A DNA stretch of 64,000 bases from Nitrososphaerota archaeon (GCA_033581555.1 JAVQSZ010000005.1:1-64000), one strand, 5' to 3'. Shown: positions 26,584 to 36,827, counted from the first letter of the stretch. The notes: generated by a model not told the origin, from the sequence alone. Numbers and translations: made by a program.

Positions 26584-27735
26584 TCAGAAGACCGGCCTAA
26601 TCGGGGACTTCAGGGGCTTTATCGACTTCCCGAAGAACCTGACGAAGGACCCCATGTCCTCGAGGGTGCTGGTCCCGGCGAGGACGTCGACGTAGGGCAG
26701 CGCGGTCAGCATCCCGACCGTCATCGGCTTGAAGTTCGGCTTATCGGCGTGCGGGTTCAACCAGACGATCTTCCCCACCCTCACCCTCAGGCCCTCCATG
26801 CTCTCCCTCAACACCTCAGGCTCTCCCGTGTCCCAGCCGTCGCTGACTATGATGGCGACCCAAGACCTGTCGACGAGCGTCCCGTACCTCTCCAGGAACG
26901 TCCTGAGACAGCTCCCGATCCTCGTCCCGCTCCCCCAGAGGTCCACCCTCTCCGAGAGCCTCCTCCTGATCTCCTCGAGGTTCGTCGTCTCAAGGAGCTC
27001 CGTGATCCGCATGAGCCTCGTGCTGAAGACGAAGACCTCGACCCGCCTCGAGAGGCGCCTGACGAGGTACATCGCCCTGACGATCCACTCGGTGTAGGTG
27101 TCCATGGACCCGCTGATGTCGAAGAACGCCACGACCCGCAGCCTCGAGAGTATCCTGCTGGCCCTCTTCAGCTCCATCAGCTCCGCCGCCGTCCCCAGCG
27201 CAGACCTCATCGTCCGGGGGAAGTCCAGCTCGCCCTTCGCCGACCTCCTGTACCTCCTGCCCTCGAGGACCGCGAGCCTCCTCCTCATCCTCCTTATCAC
27301 CCTCTTCCCCGCCTTCACCCTCATCGGGTCGATGGGCTTCAGGACGCGCTTGTGGAGGGTCTCCATCGGGCTGTACATGAAGACGTCCACCGCCTTGTCC
27401 TGCTGCTGGCCCCTGTTCTGGTCCTGCGCCGCCCTGACCGCCGACAGCCTCTGGGAGCTGCCCTCGCTCCCCTCGCCTGACCTCTCGCCCTCCTCGCCAC
27501 CCTCCTCTCCGGAAGCGGCCTGCTCGACAGCCTGCTGGAAGACCTCCTCCAGCAGATGGAACTTCGAGGGGTCCTTGATCATCGTGACCTTGATGGCAGT
27601 CTTGAACTCGGGGAGGCCGTAGGACCTGACGTGGTAGAGGGCCTCGCACGCGTCCAGGGACTCGGAGACCCCCACCTTCAACTGCCTCTCCCTGAAGAGG
27701 TTGGCGAGCTCCACTACGAACCTGTATGCGTCCAA
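26584..27735 (-). CDS. coxE: CoxE-like VWA-domain protein
   Basis: DISGSM MIDAS, EVFVFSTRL, WGSGTRIG, IVSDGWD.G, WLNP. Confidence 0.92.
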   Translation of the reverse strand: MDAYRFVVELANLFRERQLKVGVSESLDACEALYHVRSYGLPEFKTAIKVTMIKDPSKFHLLEEVFQQAVEQAASGEEGGEEGERSGEGSEGSSQRLSAVRAAQDQNRGQQQDKAVDVFMYSPMETLHKRVLKPIDPMRVKAGKRVIRRMRRRLAVLEGRRYRRSAKGELDFPRTMRSALGTAAELMELKRASRILSRLRVVAFFDISGSMDTYTEWIVRAMYLVRRLSRRVEVFVFSTRLMRITELLETTNLEEIRRRLSERVDLWGSGTRIGSCLRTFLERYGTLVDRSWVAIIVSDGWDTGEPEVLRESMEGLRVRVGKIVWLNPHADKPNFKPMTVGMLTALPYVDVLAGTSTLEDMGSFVRFFGKSIKPLKSPIRPVF

Positions 27736-27739
27736 CCCC

Positions 27740-28651
27740 TCAGCCCATCCTCGAGAGCGTCGAGAGTAGGGAGTCTACGTCCACCCTCATCAGGTCGTCT
27801 TGGGACTTGATCACGCAGATCAGGGTCGACTTCAGGACGTCCCTGTTCAGCTCTTTCGCACCTATCCTCATCATCGCGTTCGCCCAATCCAGGGTCTCGG
27901 AGATCCCGGGCTTCTTCATCACGTCGGGCCTGGACCTCAGGACGTTGACGAGGTTCACCAACTGCTCCGCGAGGCCTTCGTTGAGGCCCTTCACCTTCAG
28001 CCTCAGGATCCTCAGCTCCTTCTCCTTCGGCGGGTAGGTCACGTAGTAGTAAAGGCACCTCCTCTTGAGACCGTCGCCTATCTCCCTAGTCCTGTTCGAG
28101 GTGAGTATCGCTATCGGCTCGGTCTTCGCCTTGATCGTCCCGATCTCCGGTATGGTGACCTGGTACTCCGCTAGGAACTCGAGGAGGAACCCCTCGAACT
28201 CCTCGTCGGCCCTGTCGATCTCGTCGACCAGCAGCACCGGCGGAACTGGACCGTCGTGCATCACCGCCTTCAACAGCGGCCTCTTCAGGAGGAACCTCTC
28301 GCTGAAGATCTCGCTCTCGATCTCGTGGACGTCCTTCCGGCTCTCGAGCATCTTGATGTAGAGGAGCTGCCTGGGGTAGTCCCACTCGTAGATCGCGTCC
28401 GATGCGTCGAGCCCCTCGTAGCACTGGAGCCTGATCAGCGTGGTGCCCAGCACCTCCGCGAGGACCTTCGCGACCTCGGTCTTCCCGCACCCTGGCTCCC
28501 CTTCGATCAGCAGGGGCTTCCGCATCTGTATCGCGAGGTAGAGGGCGGTCGCCAACTCCCTGTCTGCGACGTAAAGCCTCTCCTCGAGAGCCTTGATCAG
28601 ACCCTCGATCGTCAGGTCCTTGAGCGGGACGGGCCTGTTCTGAGCGGCCAC
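27740..28651 (-). CDS. coxD: CoxD-like MoxR AAA+ ATPase
   Basis: EGEPGCGKT, RLQCYEGLD...IYEWDY, DEIDRADEEFE, LKRRC, KKPGISETLDW. Confidence 0.93.
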   Translation of the reverse strand: MAAQNRPVPLKDLTIEGLIKALEERLYVADRELATALYLAIQMRKPLLIEGEPGCGKTEVAKVLAEVLGTTLIRLQCYEGLDASDAIYEWDYPRQLLYIKMLESRKDVHEIESEIFSERFLLKRPLLKAVMHDGPVPPVLLVDEIDRADEEFEGFLLEFLAEYQVTIPEIGTIKAKTEPIAILTSNRTREIGDGLKRRCLYYYVTYPPKEKELRILRLKVKGLNEGLAEQLVNLVNVLRSRPDVMKKPGISETLDWANAMMRIGAKELNRDVLKSTLICVIKSQDDLMRVDVDSLLSTLSRMG

Positions 28652-28801
28652 GAGCTCACCGAATCACCGGATACTCGATCTACAACTAAAAGATATTGCC
28701 AGATACTGGTATCAGGGCTGACTTTGGGGCTTGAGCCGTTATCAACCTGCATCACCGAGCGCCCCTGAAGCGTTAAATCTCAGAATTCCGATCTTCAGCG
28801 C

Positions 28802-29038
28802 ATGGCTCAGATCAGGGTCAGCGAGGAGACTTACACCGAGATCGTCCGAGTTAAGGCTCGGCTCGAGGAGCTGACCGGCAGACACCTCACCTTCTGCGAC
28901 ACGCTGAAGTACCTCTGCGAGATGTTCCACGACAGCGATCGTGACGGCAGGCCTCTGAGAGGCCTCAATCAACTCACCATTCACCATCGCGGGAATAGGG
29001 ATAGCTCCAGAGCGCCACCGAGAGCACAACTGCCTTAA
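28802..29038 (+). CDS. Small ribbon-helix-helix/antitoxin-like DNA-binding protein
   Basis: MAQIRVSEETY..I..VK..L...TG..LTF.D.L..L pattern; TTAAAT box upstream; 3' end overlaps protoglobin by 65 nt. Confidence 0.55.
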   Translation: MAQIRVSEETYTEIVRVKARLEELTGRHLTFCDTLKYLCEMFHDSDRDGRPLRGLNQLTIHHRGNRDSSRAPPRAQLP

Positions 29039-29567
29039 ACCACGCGTTGAACATCCTCTCGACCTCGTCGGAGCTGTGTCCTTTCTTCGCGAGGAACGGC
29101 TTGATGGTAGCGCTGATGGGGTAGATGAAGGCAATCATGTACCTGAGCGGTATGTGGGGGACGCTGTTAACACGGTCGGTGACGTTCTTCTTCGATTTGT
29201 GGTGCCTCCTCCCGATCTCCAACTGGTAATCGAGCCAGGCTCCGTCGAACCCCCTCTCGCAGAGGTCGAGTATCCACTGCCCGAACCTCCTCCTGACGGC
29301 CTGAAGGTACTCTGGTATCGGCTTTCCCGTCTCTCTGTCGGTGAAGTAGTGAAGCAGATGTGGGTTGGACCCGACCCACCCGTACCAGAGATCGAGCACG
29401 TCCTCGACCTGGCCCTTCAGGACCTCCCCTGCCATCTTCAGGTACTTCACGTCGTCGTCATCGATCATTATCGATTTCTTCAGCAGCTCGAATTCCTCCC
29501 GCGTGACAGGGAACCTCTCCAGCCTCGGCGACCCCAGCTCGTACCCGGGAATGCGCGGTGCGGTCAC
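28974..29567 (-). CDS. Protoglobin
   Basis: IPGYELG N-terminal extension, LDLWYGWVGSNPHL, YL.AVRRRFGQWI, EIGRRHH...KN.TD, IPLRY, AWFKAV. Confidence 0.95.
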   Translation of the reverse strand: MTAPRIPGYELGSPRLERFPVTREEFELLKKSIMIDDDDVKYLKMAGEVLKGQVEDVLDLWYGWVGSNPHLLHYFTDRETGKPIPEYLQAVRRRFGQWILDLCERGFDGAWLDYQLEIGRRHHKSKKNVTDRVNSVPHIPLRYMIAFIYPISATIKPFLAKKGHSSDEVERMFNAWFKAVVLSVALWSYPYSRDGEW

Positions 29568-29635
29568 ACCGAGTCACTCTAGCTGAGGAGTTTAAGCGTG
29601 CGTCAACAACGTCGACGGAGTTAACACTCAGGAGG

Positions 29636-30619
29636 TCATTTGGTGTCCCTCTGGACCTCGCTGACGTCGGGGAGGACGCTGTCGGGTTCGTGGATGACGA
29701 AGCCCTGTGCTATCCTCCTGATCTTGGGGAGGAGCCTGAAGAGCTCGCCCTTCGCGAGGACCGTGTTCACCGCGTACCAGCCTGGGGTCGAGAGCCTGCT
29801 GACCGTGGGCGCCTTCAGGGCCGGGAGGGAGCTCAGCAGCTCCTCGAGGTTCTCCTCCCTGACGTTCAGGAACAGGTGGACCCTCTTCCTAGACTCTATC
29901 ACTCCCCTGAACATCGTGAGGATGTCCAGGATCTTCTCCCTCTTCCACGGGTCCCTCATCGCGTCCTTGTTCGCGATGAGGGCGGCTGAGCTGACCATGA
30001 TCTGCTCGATGACCCTAAGGTTGTTCTGCTCCAGCGTCCTCCCGGTCTCGGTGTTGTCGACGATCGCGTCCGCCTCCTCTGGCGGCTTCGCCTCGGTCGC
30101 GCCGAAGGAGAGGTAGACGCCGACCCTGTCGTTCTCACCGATCCTGAACCAAGGGGTCACGATGGTCGGCGAGGCCTCGCCGAAGTGCTTCCTGTAGACC
30201 GGGTTGCTCGCCACGAACCGGGACGTGAGCCTAAGGTACTCGGTCGAGATCCTCACGGGCTTCTTCTCCCTTATCCTCCTCTCAAGGAAGTCACCGAGGT
30301 CCCTCGAGTCGTCCCATGCGGGGACCGCCATGACGAGCCTCACCCTGCCGTACTCGAGGTCCTGGAGCACCTCGACGTCCGCGCCCGTCTCAGCGACCCA
30401 GTCGAAGCCCGTTATCCCCAGGTCGTGGAACCCTTCCTGGACGTATATCGGGATCTCCTGGGGCCTGAGGATCTTCAGCTGTACCTCCTCGTCGCTGATC
30501 GAGGGCCTGTAGGACCTGTCGGCGCCGCGGACCTCGTAGTAGGCCTCTTGGAGCAGCCTGAGCGTCTCCTGCTCCAGCGACCCCTTCGGTATCGCGAACC
30601 TCAGCCGCTTGGCCTGCAA
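29636..30619 (-). CDS. hisG: ATP phosphoribosyltransferase, long form
   Basis: FAIPKGSL, RPQEIP.YV, DLGITG.D, SFGATEAKPP, AIVD.TETG.TL. Confidence 0.95.
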   Translation of the reverse strand: MQAKRLRFAIPKGSLEQETLRLLQEAYYEVRGADRSYRPSISDEEVQLKILRPQEIPIYVQEGFHDLGITGFDWVAETGADVEVLQDLEYGRVRLVMAVPAWDDSRDLGDFLERRIREKKPVRISTEYLRLTSRFVASNPVYRKHFGEASPTIVTPWFRIGENDRVGVYLSFGATEAKPPEEADAIVDNTETGRTLEQNNLRVIEQIMVSSAALIANKDAMRDPWKREKILDILTMFRGVIESRKRVHLFLNVREENLEELLSSLPALKAPTVSRLSTPGWYAVNTVLAKGELFRLLPKIRRIAQGFVIHEPDSVLPDVSEVQRDTK

Positions 30620-30658
30620 CCTGCCCGACGCGGACCTACCTGCTATATGTGCATCAAC

Positions 30659-32074
30659 TCAGACCGGGAAGAGGGGCCGCTTGACGATCGAGCTCAACCT
30701 AGCAGCATAGGCCTCCGCGAGCGGCCCGAGGGCCTTCCGGACCGCGTCCCTGAGCTCCTTGAGCCCGACCACCTCGTCGACCACGCCAGCCCTCAGCAGC
30801 CTCTCGCCCCCGGAGAACTCGGACCTCAGCTCCGCCGCGAAGGAGCCGATGAGCTCCTCCCTCCTCTCCGGAGGAGCGGCCTCCAGCTCCCTCCTCCTGA
30901 TGATCTCCGCGGCAAGCCTCGGCTCCTGGACCATCACCTCGCTCTCCGGGAGCGCGATGACGCAGTCAGCCCCAAGCCCCTTGCTGCACATCGAGACGAA
31001 CCCCCCCGCGTAGGCCCTCCTCAGCAGCACGGTCACCTTCGGGACGTCTGAGGTCGCGTAGGCGTGCAGCAGCTTCGCGCCGTGTCTCGGGAGGTTCGAG
31101 TGCTCCTGGTCCGGCCCGGGCTCGAAGCCAACCGTGTCCACGAAGGTGATCACCGGGAGGTTGTTCTTGTCGCACACCGAGACTAACCTCGCAGTCTTCA
31201 GGGCCGCACCGACGTCTATCGCCCCCATCCTCACCGAGGGCTGATTCGCGACCACCCCCACCGGTCTCCCCTCGATCCTCGCGAACCCAACTACAGCGCT
31301 CTGGCCGTACCCCTCGCCGAGCTCGAGGAAGCTGCCCCCGTCGACAACCGACTTGATCACCGCCCTGACGTCGTACCCCGCGTCTGAGTCCGGGAGCCGG
31401 TCTGGAGCCACTCCCTCCGCGTCTTTCGGCTCGACGACCGGCGGCATCTCGCTCGTGTTCTGTGGCAGATATTGCACGACCTCCCTCACGGCCGCGACCG
31501 CTCCGGCCTCGTCGGGCCTAACTAGGTCGAACGCCCCCTTCCACCACAGGACCTCCACCCCTCCAAGCTCCATCACGCCCACGCTGAGTCCCTTGAACCT
31601 CCTCGCCGACGCCGGCCCCGAGACGAAAAGGTATCCGGCCGCCGTGTTCCCGATCGCGACGTCCGAGGAGGCGACCATGAACGCGCTGCCCCCGACGCTC
31701 GCCCCCACGACCGCCGAGACCATCGGGATCCTCGAGGACGCCCTCGCTACCGACCTGTAGGCCCTCGCAACGCCGTTCAGCGAGAGAGCGCCCTCTTGGA
31801 GCTTTGCTCCGGCGGAGTCCGCGAGGTAGACTACCGGGACGCCCTCCTCCGCCGCCACCTCGTACAGCTCCGAGACCTTCTCCATGCCCTCGGCCGACAG
31901 GGAGCCCGCGGAGACCTCCGGGTCGTTCGTCCACAACGCGACCCTCTTGCCCCCGACGGACCCGAAGCCGACGACCGCGTCCCTCCCGAACCCCGGACGG
32001 AGCTCCTCGAAACCGGACCCGACGTCGAGCAGCGCCTCGATCCTCCTCTTGACAGTGAACGACATTCGGCCCAC
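30659..32074 (-). CDS. Acyl-CoA carboxylase carboxyltransferase subunit
   Basis: DSAGAKLQEG, LFVSGP, GFARIEGRPVGVVANQP, FVDTVGF, RRAYAGG. Confidence 0.92.
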   Translation of the reverse strand: MGRMSFTVKRRIEALLDVGSGFEELRPGFGRDAVVGFGSVGGKRVALWTNDPEVSAGSLSAEGMEKVSELYEVAAEEGVPVVYLADSAGAKLQEGALSLNGVARAYRSVARASSRIPMVSAVVGASVGGSAFMVASSDVAIGNTAAGYLFVSGPASARRFKGLSVGVMELGGVEVLWWKGAFDLVRPDEAGAVAAVREVVQYLPQNTSEMPPVVEPKDAEGVAPDRLPDSDAGYDVRAVIKSVVDGGSFLELGEGYGQSAVVGFARIEGRPVGVVANQPSVRMGAIDVGAALKTARLVSVCDKNNLPVITFVDTVGFEPGPDQEHSNLPRHGAKLLHAYATSDVPKVTVLLRRAYAGGFVSMCSKGLGADCVIALPESEVMVQEPRLAAEIIRRRELEAAPPERREELIGSFAAELRSEFSGGERLLRAGVVDEVVGLKELRDAVRKALGPLAEAYAARLSSIVKRPLFPV

Positions 32075-32171
32075 GGGCGATCTGCGACAATTTAACTGCT
32101 GGAGCCGCGTGATTCACGAGCATTCGTTCAAGAATCCTTTAATATCGAAGTCAGACCTCAACTGGGGAATT

Positions 32172-32879
32172 ATGGTCATCGTGATCGACCGGCTGAAGAA
32201 GTCGTTCGGCGGTGTGAGGGCAGTCAACGGGGTCTCGCTGGAGGTGAAGGACGGGGAGATCGTGGGGATCATAGGTCCGAACGGCTCCGGAAAGACCACG
32301 CTCATCAACCTGATCACGGGGTACTACGAGCCCGACGAGGGCCTGATCGAGTTCTCCGGGAAGAGGATAGACGGCATGAGGCCCTACGAGATCGCAGCAC
32401 TGGGTGTCGCTCGCACGTTCCAGGTCCCTCGCGTCTTCAAGCGGCTCTCGGTCATGGACAACCTCGCTGCGGCTCTCGCCTTCAACAGGAGGGCCCGCGG
32501 GGGAGCAGAGGAGAGGGCCAGGGACCTCTTGAAGGCGTTCGATCTCTGGGACAAGAGGCACGAGCCCGCGGGCAACCTGTCCGGAGGCCAACAGCGGATC
32601 CTCGAGATCGTCCGCGCCCTGATGACGAGGCCCCGACTCCTGCTCCTCGACGAGCCCACGGCGGGACTGAACCCTCTCTTCATAGCTAAACTGAAGGACA
32701 TCCTGCTGGACATGAAAAGTGAGGGGACGTCGACGCTGATAGTGGAGCATAACATGCGGGTCGTGGTCGACTTCTGCGAAAGGGTGGTGGCCATGAGCGA
32801 GGGCCAGATCATCGCCGAGGGCGTTCCCACAGAGGTCCTGATATCACCAGCCGTGATTGACTCTTACCTCGGGAGGTGA
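32172..32879 (+). CDS. ABC ATP-binding protein, LivG-like
   Basis: KSFGGVRAV, GPNGSGKT, ARTFQ, LSGGQ, LLDEPTAG, VEH. Confidence 0.93.
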   Translation: MVIVIDRLKKSFGGVRAVNGVSLEVKDGEIVGIIGPNGSGKTTLINLITGYYEPDEGLIEFSGKRIDGMRPYEIAALGVARTFQVPRVFKRLSVMDNLAAALAFNRRARGGAEERARDLLKAFDLWDKRHEPAGNLSGGQQRILEIVRALMTRPRLLLLDEPTAGLNPLFIAKLKDILLDMKSEGTSTLIVEHNMRVVVDFCERVVAMSEGQIIAEGVPTEVLISPAVIDSYLGR

Positions 32880-33601
32880 GCGACCTGACCGAGCTGGTGA
32901 TCAGTAACCTGACCGCGGGTTACGAAGACATCCCCATCGTCAAGTCGGTCGACCTTCAGGTCGATAAGGGCAAGGTGACGCTGATCATAGGACCCAACGG
33001 CTCCGGGAAGTCAACTCTCCTCAACGCGGTCTTCGGCCTCGCCCGGGTCTTCGAGGGACAGGTCGTCTTGAACGGCCGCGAGGTTACCCATCTAGATCCC
33101 AGCGAGAGAGTCAGGCTCGGACTGAGGTTCGTGATGCAGAGGCGGAGCATCTTCCCCCACCTCACCGTGGAGGAGAACCTCAGGATGGGGGCCTGGACCG
33201 TGAGGAACGACAAGACCCGGATGACCTCCGAGCTAGCTAAGGTCTACGACCTCTTCCCGATACTGAAGGAACTGCGCTCCGTGAAGGCTAACCTCCTCAG
33301 CGGAGGTCAGGCACGCATCCTCGAGCTGGCTAGGGGAGTGATGGGCGATGCGAGGGTCCTCCTCTTGGACGAGCCCACGACTGGTCTCTCCCCGAAGTTG
33401 GCCAAGCAGATCTACGATTACGTCCTGAAGCTGCGTCAGATGGGATACACAATTCTTTTGGTCGAGCAGAACGTGAAATCAGGTCTGAGTGTGGCAGACG
33501 ATGTCTTGGTCATGAGAACGGGTTCGCCTATATATTACGGCAGCGCAAATGAAATATCTGTAAAGATGACGGAGATAGTCTCAAGTTGGCTCAAATACTG
33601 A
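32876..33601 (+). CDS. ABC ATP-binding protein, LivF-like
   Basis: GPNGSGKS, LTVEENLRMG, LSGGQ, LDEPTTGL, VEQN. Confidence 0.93.
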   Translation: MSDLTELVISNLTAGYEDIPIVKSVDLQVDKGKVTLIIGPNGSGKSTLLNAVFGLARVFEGQVVLNGREVTHLDPSERVRLGLRFVMQRRSIFPHLTVEENLRMGAWTVRNDKTRMTSELAKVYDLFPILKELRSVKANLLSGGQARILELARGVMGDARVLLLDEPTTGLSPKLAKQIYDYVLKLRQMGYTILLVEQNVKSGLSVADDVLVMRTGSPIYYGSANEISVKMTEIVSSWLKY

Positions 33602-34535
33602 AAATCTTTAGTCCTGACCTCCTGTAAAAGAAGTAGGAGACACCGCGAGGTTCTATCAACGTGATGATCACTAGAAGCGAACCGTAGAAGGCAAGGGAGA
33701 CCTCTCCGAATCCCGCCGTGACGTAGAAGTAGATAAGCGCGTTAACAAGTCCACCTATTATAGAACCTAAAACGACGCCCTGACCTCCGAGTATCGTGGT
33801 GAGGGCTGCGGTTAGGCTCAGCGAGACCGAGTTGAAGGCGTCCACGTGGACGTACGACAGGTAAAGGGCGTGGACCGCCCCCGCGAGCCCCGTTATGTAA
33901 GCTGAGAATACCATAGCTGTGGACTTCACGAAGAGCGGAGGAACGGCCAAGCTGACCGCGCCCTCTTCGTCGTCCCTGATGGCTGCCATCGAGAGTCCGA
34001 GGTAGCTGTACTTGAGGAAGCCAAAGGCGATGATTGCGGAGATCAGTATCACCAGCGACAACACGAGCGGGACCTCCCTCTCCAGCAACATGAGCTGATG
34101 GATGAAGAAGCCCTGCCCTCCTCCGCTCACCTCCACCCAGTTCAGCAGCACTATGTAAACGATGATCGAGAGCGTAAGCGTCGAGAGCATGAAGAACGGC
34201 CCGCGCAGTCGCATCGCGGGCATCAGGACCGCTACTAACCCGACGGAGAATAGCGGAGCCGCGAGAAGGGCCGGGATTATCGAGCCGAACTGTCTGAAGA
34301 GGTGCGCGAAGGCGAACCCTCCGACCCCGAAGAACATCGCGTTCCCAAGCGAGAAGAGACCGGTCAGGCCGCCGGGGATGTTCCAAGCCACGGAGTTGAT
34401 GGAGTAGAGGAAGAACAGGTACGTCGCGGTGAGGAGGAAGGGCTCGACCCTGGCGAGCGACAGGACCAGCAAGGTCCATCCCGTTAACGCCGATGCTATC
34501 ACCAGGAGGTAGCGGACTGGCGGCCTCGGCCTCAT
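33591..34535 (-). CDS. ABC permease, LivM-like
   Basis: AWNIPGGLTGLFSLGNAMFFGVG, RLRGPFF, AIRDDE. Confidence 0.9.
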   Translation of the reverse strand: MRPRPPVRYLLVIASALTGWTLLVLSLARVEPFLLTATYLFFLYSINSVAWNIPGGLTGLFSLGNAMFFGVGGFAFAHLFRQFGSIIPALLAAPLFSVGLVAVLMPAMRLRGPFFMLSTLTLSIIVYIVLLNWVEVSGGGQGFFIHQLMLLEREVPLVLSLVILISAIIAFGFLKYSYLGLSMAAIRDDEEGAVSLAVPPLFVKSTAMVFSAYITGLAGAVHALYLSYVHVDAFNSVSLSLTAALTTILGGQGVVLGSIIGGLVNALIYFYVTAGFGEVSLAFYGSLLVIITLIEPRGVSYFFYRRSGLKIFSI

Positions 34536-35425
34536 ATCCTCACCCTCTCCCCTAGAATGCCCGTGGGTCTGAACAGTAGCACCACCATCATGAACGCGAG
34601 AGCGACGGCAATCGCGTAGGCGGGCCCGACGGTCAGGACGCTAAGCGTGTGGAGCCCGGAATATATGGCCGCGCCTATCAGGGCGCCGAGGAAGTTCCCC
34701 ATCCCTCCGATGATCGTGATCACGATCGAGATCGTGATGAACTCGATGCCCATAGCCGGGTGGATGGCGAGTGCGGCGGGCATGAGCGAGCCTGCCGTGG
34801 CCGATAGGCCGCATACGATGCCGAAGACCACGGAGAAGACCCTAGAGACGTTGATCCCACAGGTCCTCGCGGCGTCGGCGTCCTGCGAGACGGCCCTTAT
34901 CGCGCGCCCCATGTCGGTTCTGCTCAGCATGAACCAGAGGATCGCCGTGATGACCATGGAGTAGACGAAGATGAACAGCCTCGAGACCTGCAGCCTGACT
35001 CCGAGCACCTCAACTGCACTCGTGACGTATGGCGTCGCGACGGCCCTTATGTTCCCCGTCCAGACCAGGTAAACCAAACCTGTGATGGCCAAGAGGAGCC
35101 CGAAGAAGAGGAGGAGGGTGAACTCGATGACCTGTCCGCCGCGGTACCCCTTCAGTGCCCTCCTCGCTATACCGGACTGGATGAAGTATCCGTACGCGAA
35201 GAACATAGGAAAGGCGAACGGTGGTGAGACCAAAGGGTCGATGCCGAACTGGGAGTGAAGCGCATACGCCAGGTAAGCCCCAAGCGTTATGAGGGCGCCT
35301 TGCGACACGTCGACGATCTTCATCACGCCGTAGATCAGCGTCAGCCCGTAGGCCGCCAGCGCGTAGAGGCCTGCCAAAAGGAGGGAACTGAGGAAGTTCG
35401 TCAGGGCGACCTCAAAAAGACTCAT
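34532..35425 (-). CDS. ABC permease, LivH-like
   Basis: GLYALAAYGLTLIYGVM, GRAIRAVSQD, IIGGMGN, RPTGILG. Confidence 0.92.
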   Translation of the reverse strand: MSLFEVALTNFLSSLLLAGLYALAAYGLTLIYGVMKIVDVSQGALITLGAYLAYALHSQFGIDPLVSPPFAFPMFFAYGYFIQSGIARRALKGYRGGQVIEFTLLLFFGLLLAITGLVYLVWTGNIRAVATPYVTSAVEVLGVRLQVSRLFIFVYSMVITAILWFMLSRTDMGRAIRAVSQDADAARTCGINVSRVFSVVFGIVCGLSATAGSLMPAALAIHPAMGIEFITISIVITIIGGMGNFLGALIGAAIYSGLHTLSVLTVGPAYAIAVALAFMMVVLLFRPTGILGERVRI

Positions 35426-35442
35426 GAAGGTGTTACCTCATG

Positions 35443-36744
35443 TCAGCACCTGTTCGGCCTGAAGGCGGACGTCATGGACTCCCTGGGCCAGACGATCTGA
35501 GGCTTCCCGTCTTGCACCTGCACCACCACGAACTGGTTGGTTATCTGACCTCCCGCCCTCTCGTCGAAGTAGATCGACCCTCCCACGATTATCTGAGAGG
35601 GCAGCCCCTTCTCCGGCGAGTTCAGCTGGAGCAGCACCGCATGGATCTTCTCCGGCTCGATCGAGCCCGCCTTCTCTATCGCCCACACGAGCACCCTGGC
35701 GGCCTCGTACGGCACTGCAGCGAACCAGTCTGAGGGCAAATCCAGGTTCTTAGCCTTCACCCAAGCGTCCCACTTCGCGTTGAACTCTCTCACGCCGGCC
35801 CTCGGGTCGGCGGGGTTCCACCACTGTACCCCGAAGACGTTCTCCGCTGCCTTGCCCAGCTCCTTGATTGCCGTCCCTTCAGGACCCCGCGGGCCATAAC
35901 TCACGACGATGTGACAGAGTCCCATCGCGGCGTACTGCCTATGCATCGTGATGTAATCCGGCAGCCTCATGTCGTTGAGCATCGCGTTAGCCCCAGACGC
36001 CTTGATCGCCGAGAGGATCGCAGTGTAGTCCTTCTCGCCTATGGTGTGAAAGGCCTCGTAGACTATCTCGAAGTAACCGGGGTACTTCCTGACCGCCTCC
36101 TTGAGCCCCGCGAGGTATTCCCTCCCGTGATCCGTGTTCTCGTTCACGCTGGCTATCTTCAGGGGCTTCGGCAGGGTCCCCTTGTCGATCTCGGCCTTGA
36201 GCATCTCCATGGTCGTCAAGGCAAGCTGCTTGATCGAGGCTATCATCCCGAACATGTAGTTGTACCGTCTCTTACCGTCCTCTGTGAGGAAAATGGTGCT
36301 CGTCGCACCGCCCGGGTTGACGTAGGGCATCTTGTACCTCTCCGCCACCGGGGCCTGTGCAGCGACCAGCGGCGTGCTGTAGCCTCCTAATATGAGGTTC
36401 ACCTTCTCGACCGTAATCAGACGCTCGAGAAGTGTCGCACTCTTAGTCGGATCTGACTCGTCGTCCAGCACTATTAGCTTCAGTGGAATTCTCTTGTCGA
36501 ACTCTTTCACATAAACTCCCCCGGCTCTATTGACTTCGTCGAAGTATAGTTCGAACGCGGTCTTGAAGTATAGTCCTATCCTCCCGTGCGTCCCACTCAT
36601 AGGCAAGACTGCCCCGACGACGATCTCCTTAGGTGCCTCTCTTCGCGGCCCCGGCGAGATGACGCCCGGCAACAAGACGAAGGCAGCGACGACACCCACA
36701 ACGACGACCAACACCGCCGCTAAGAACACCGTCCTGCGCTGCAT
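35443..36744 (-). CDS. Liv-type ABC substrate-binding protein
   Basis: ATG 36744; N-terminal TM; IVVGAVLPMSG, NRAGGV, LDDESDP, QIVWP. Confidence 0.92.
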   Translation of the reverse strand: MQRRTVFLAAVLVVVVGVVAAFVLLPGVISPGPRREAPKEIVVGAVLPMSGTHGRIGLYFKTAFELYFDEVNRAGGVYVKEFDKRIPLKLIVLDDESDPTKSATLLERLITVEKVNLILGGYSTPLVAAQAPVAERYKMPYVNPGGATSTIFLTEDGKRRYNYMFGMIASIKQLALTTMEMLKAEIDKGTLPKPLKIASVNENTDHGREYLAGLKEAVRKYPGYFEIVYEAFHTIGEKDYTAILSAIKASGANAMLNDMRLPDYITMHRQYAAMGLCHIVVSYGPRGPEGTAIKELGKAAENVFGVQWWNPADPRAGVREFNAKWDAWVKAKNLDLPSDWFAAVPYEAARVLVWAIEKAGSIEPEKIHAVLLQLNSPEKGLPSQIIVGGSIYFDERAGGQITNQFVVVQVQDGKPQIVWPRESMTSAFRPNRC

Positions 36745-36827
36745 GAACGTGTTCAAATATCCTCGTATAAAAAGTTTATTATCACTCACAATACTTTAAA
36801 AATTCGCCTACCGGCATCCGGCGCGGG

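Noticed and set aside
28802-29038. Toxin-antitoxin module
   Set aside because: No PIN, RelE or other toxin gene adjacent
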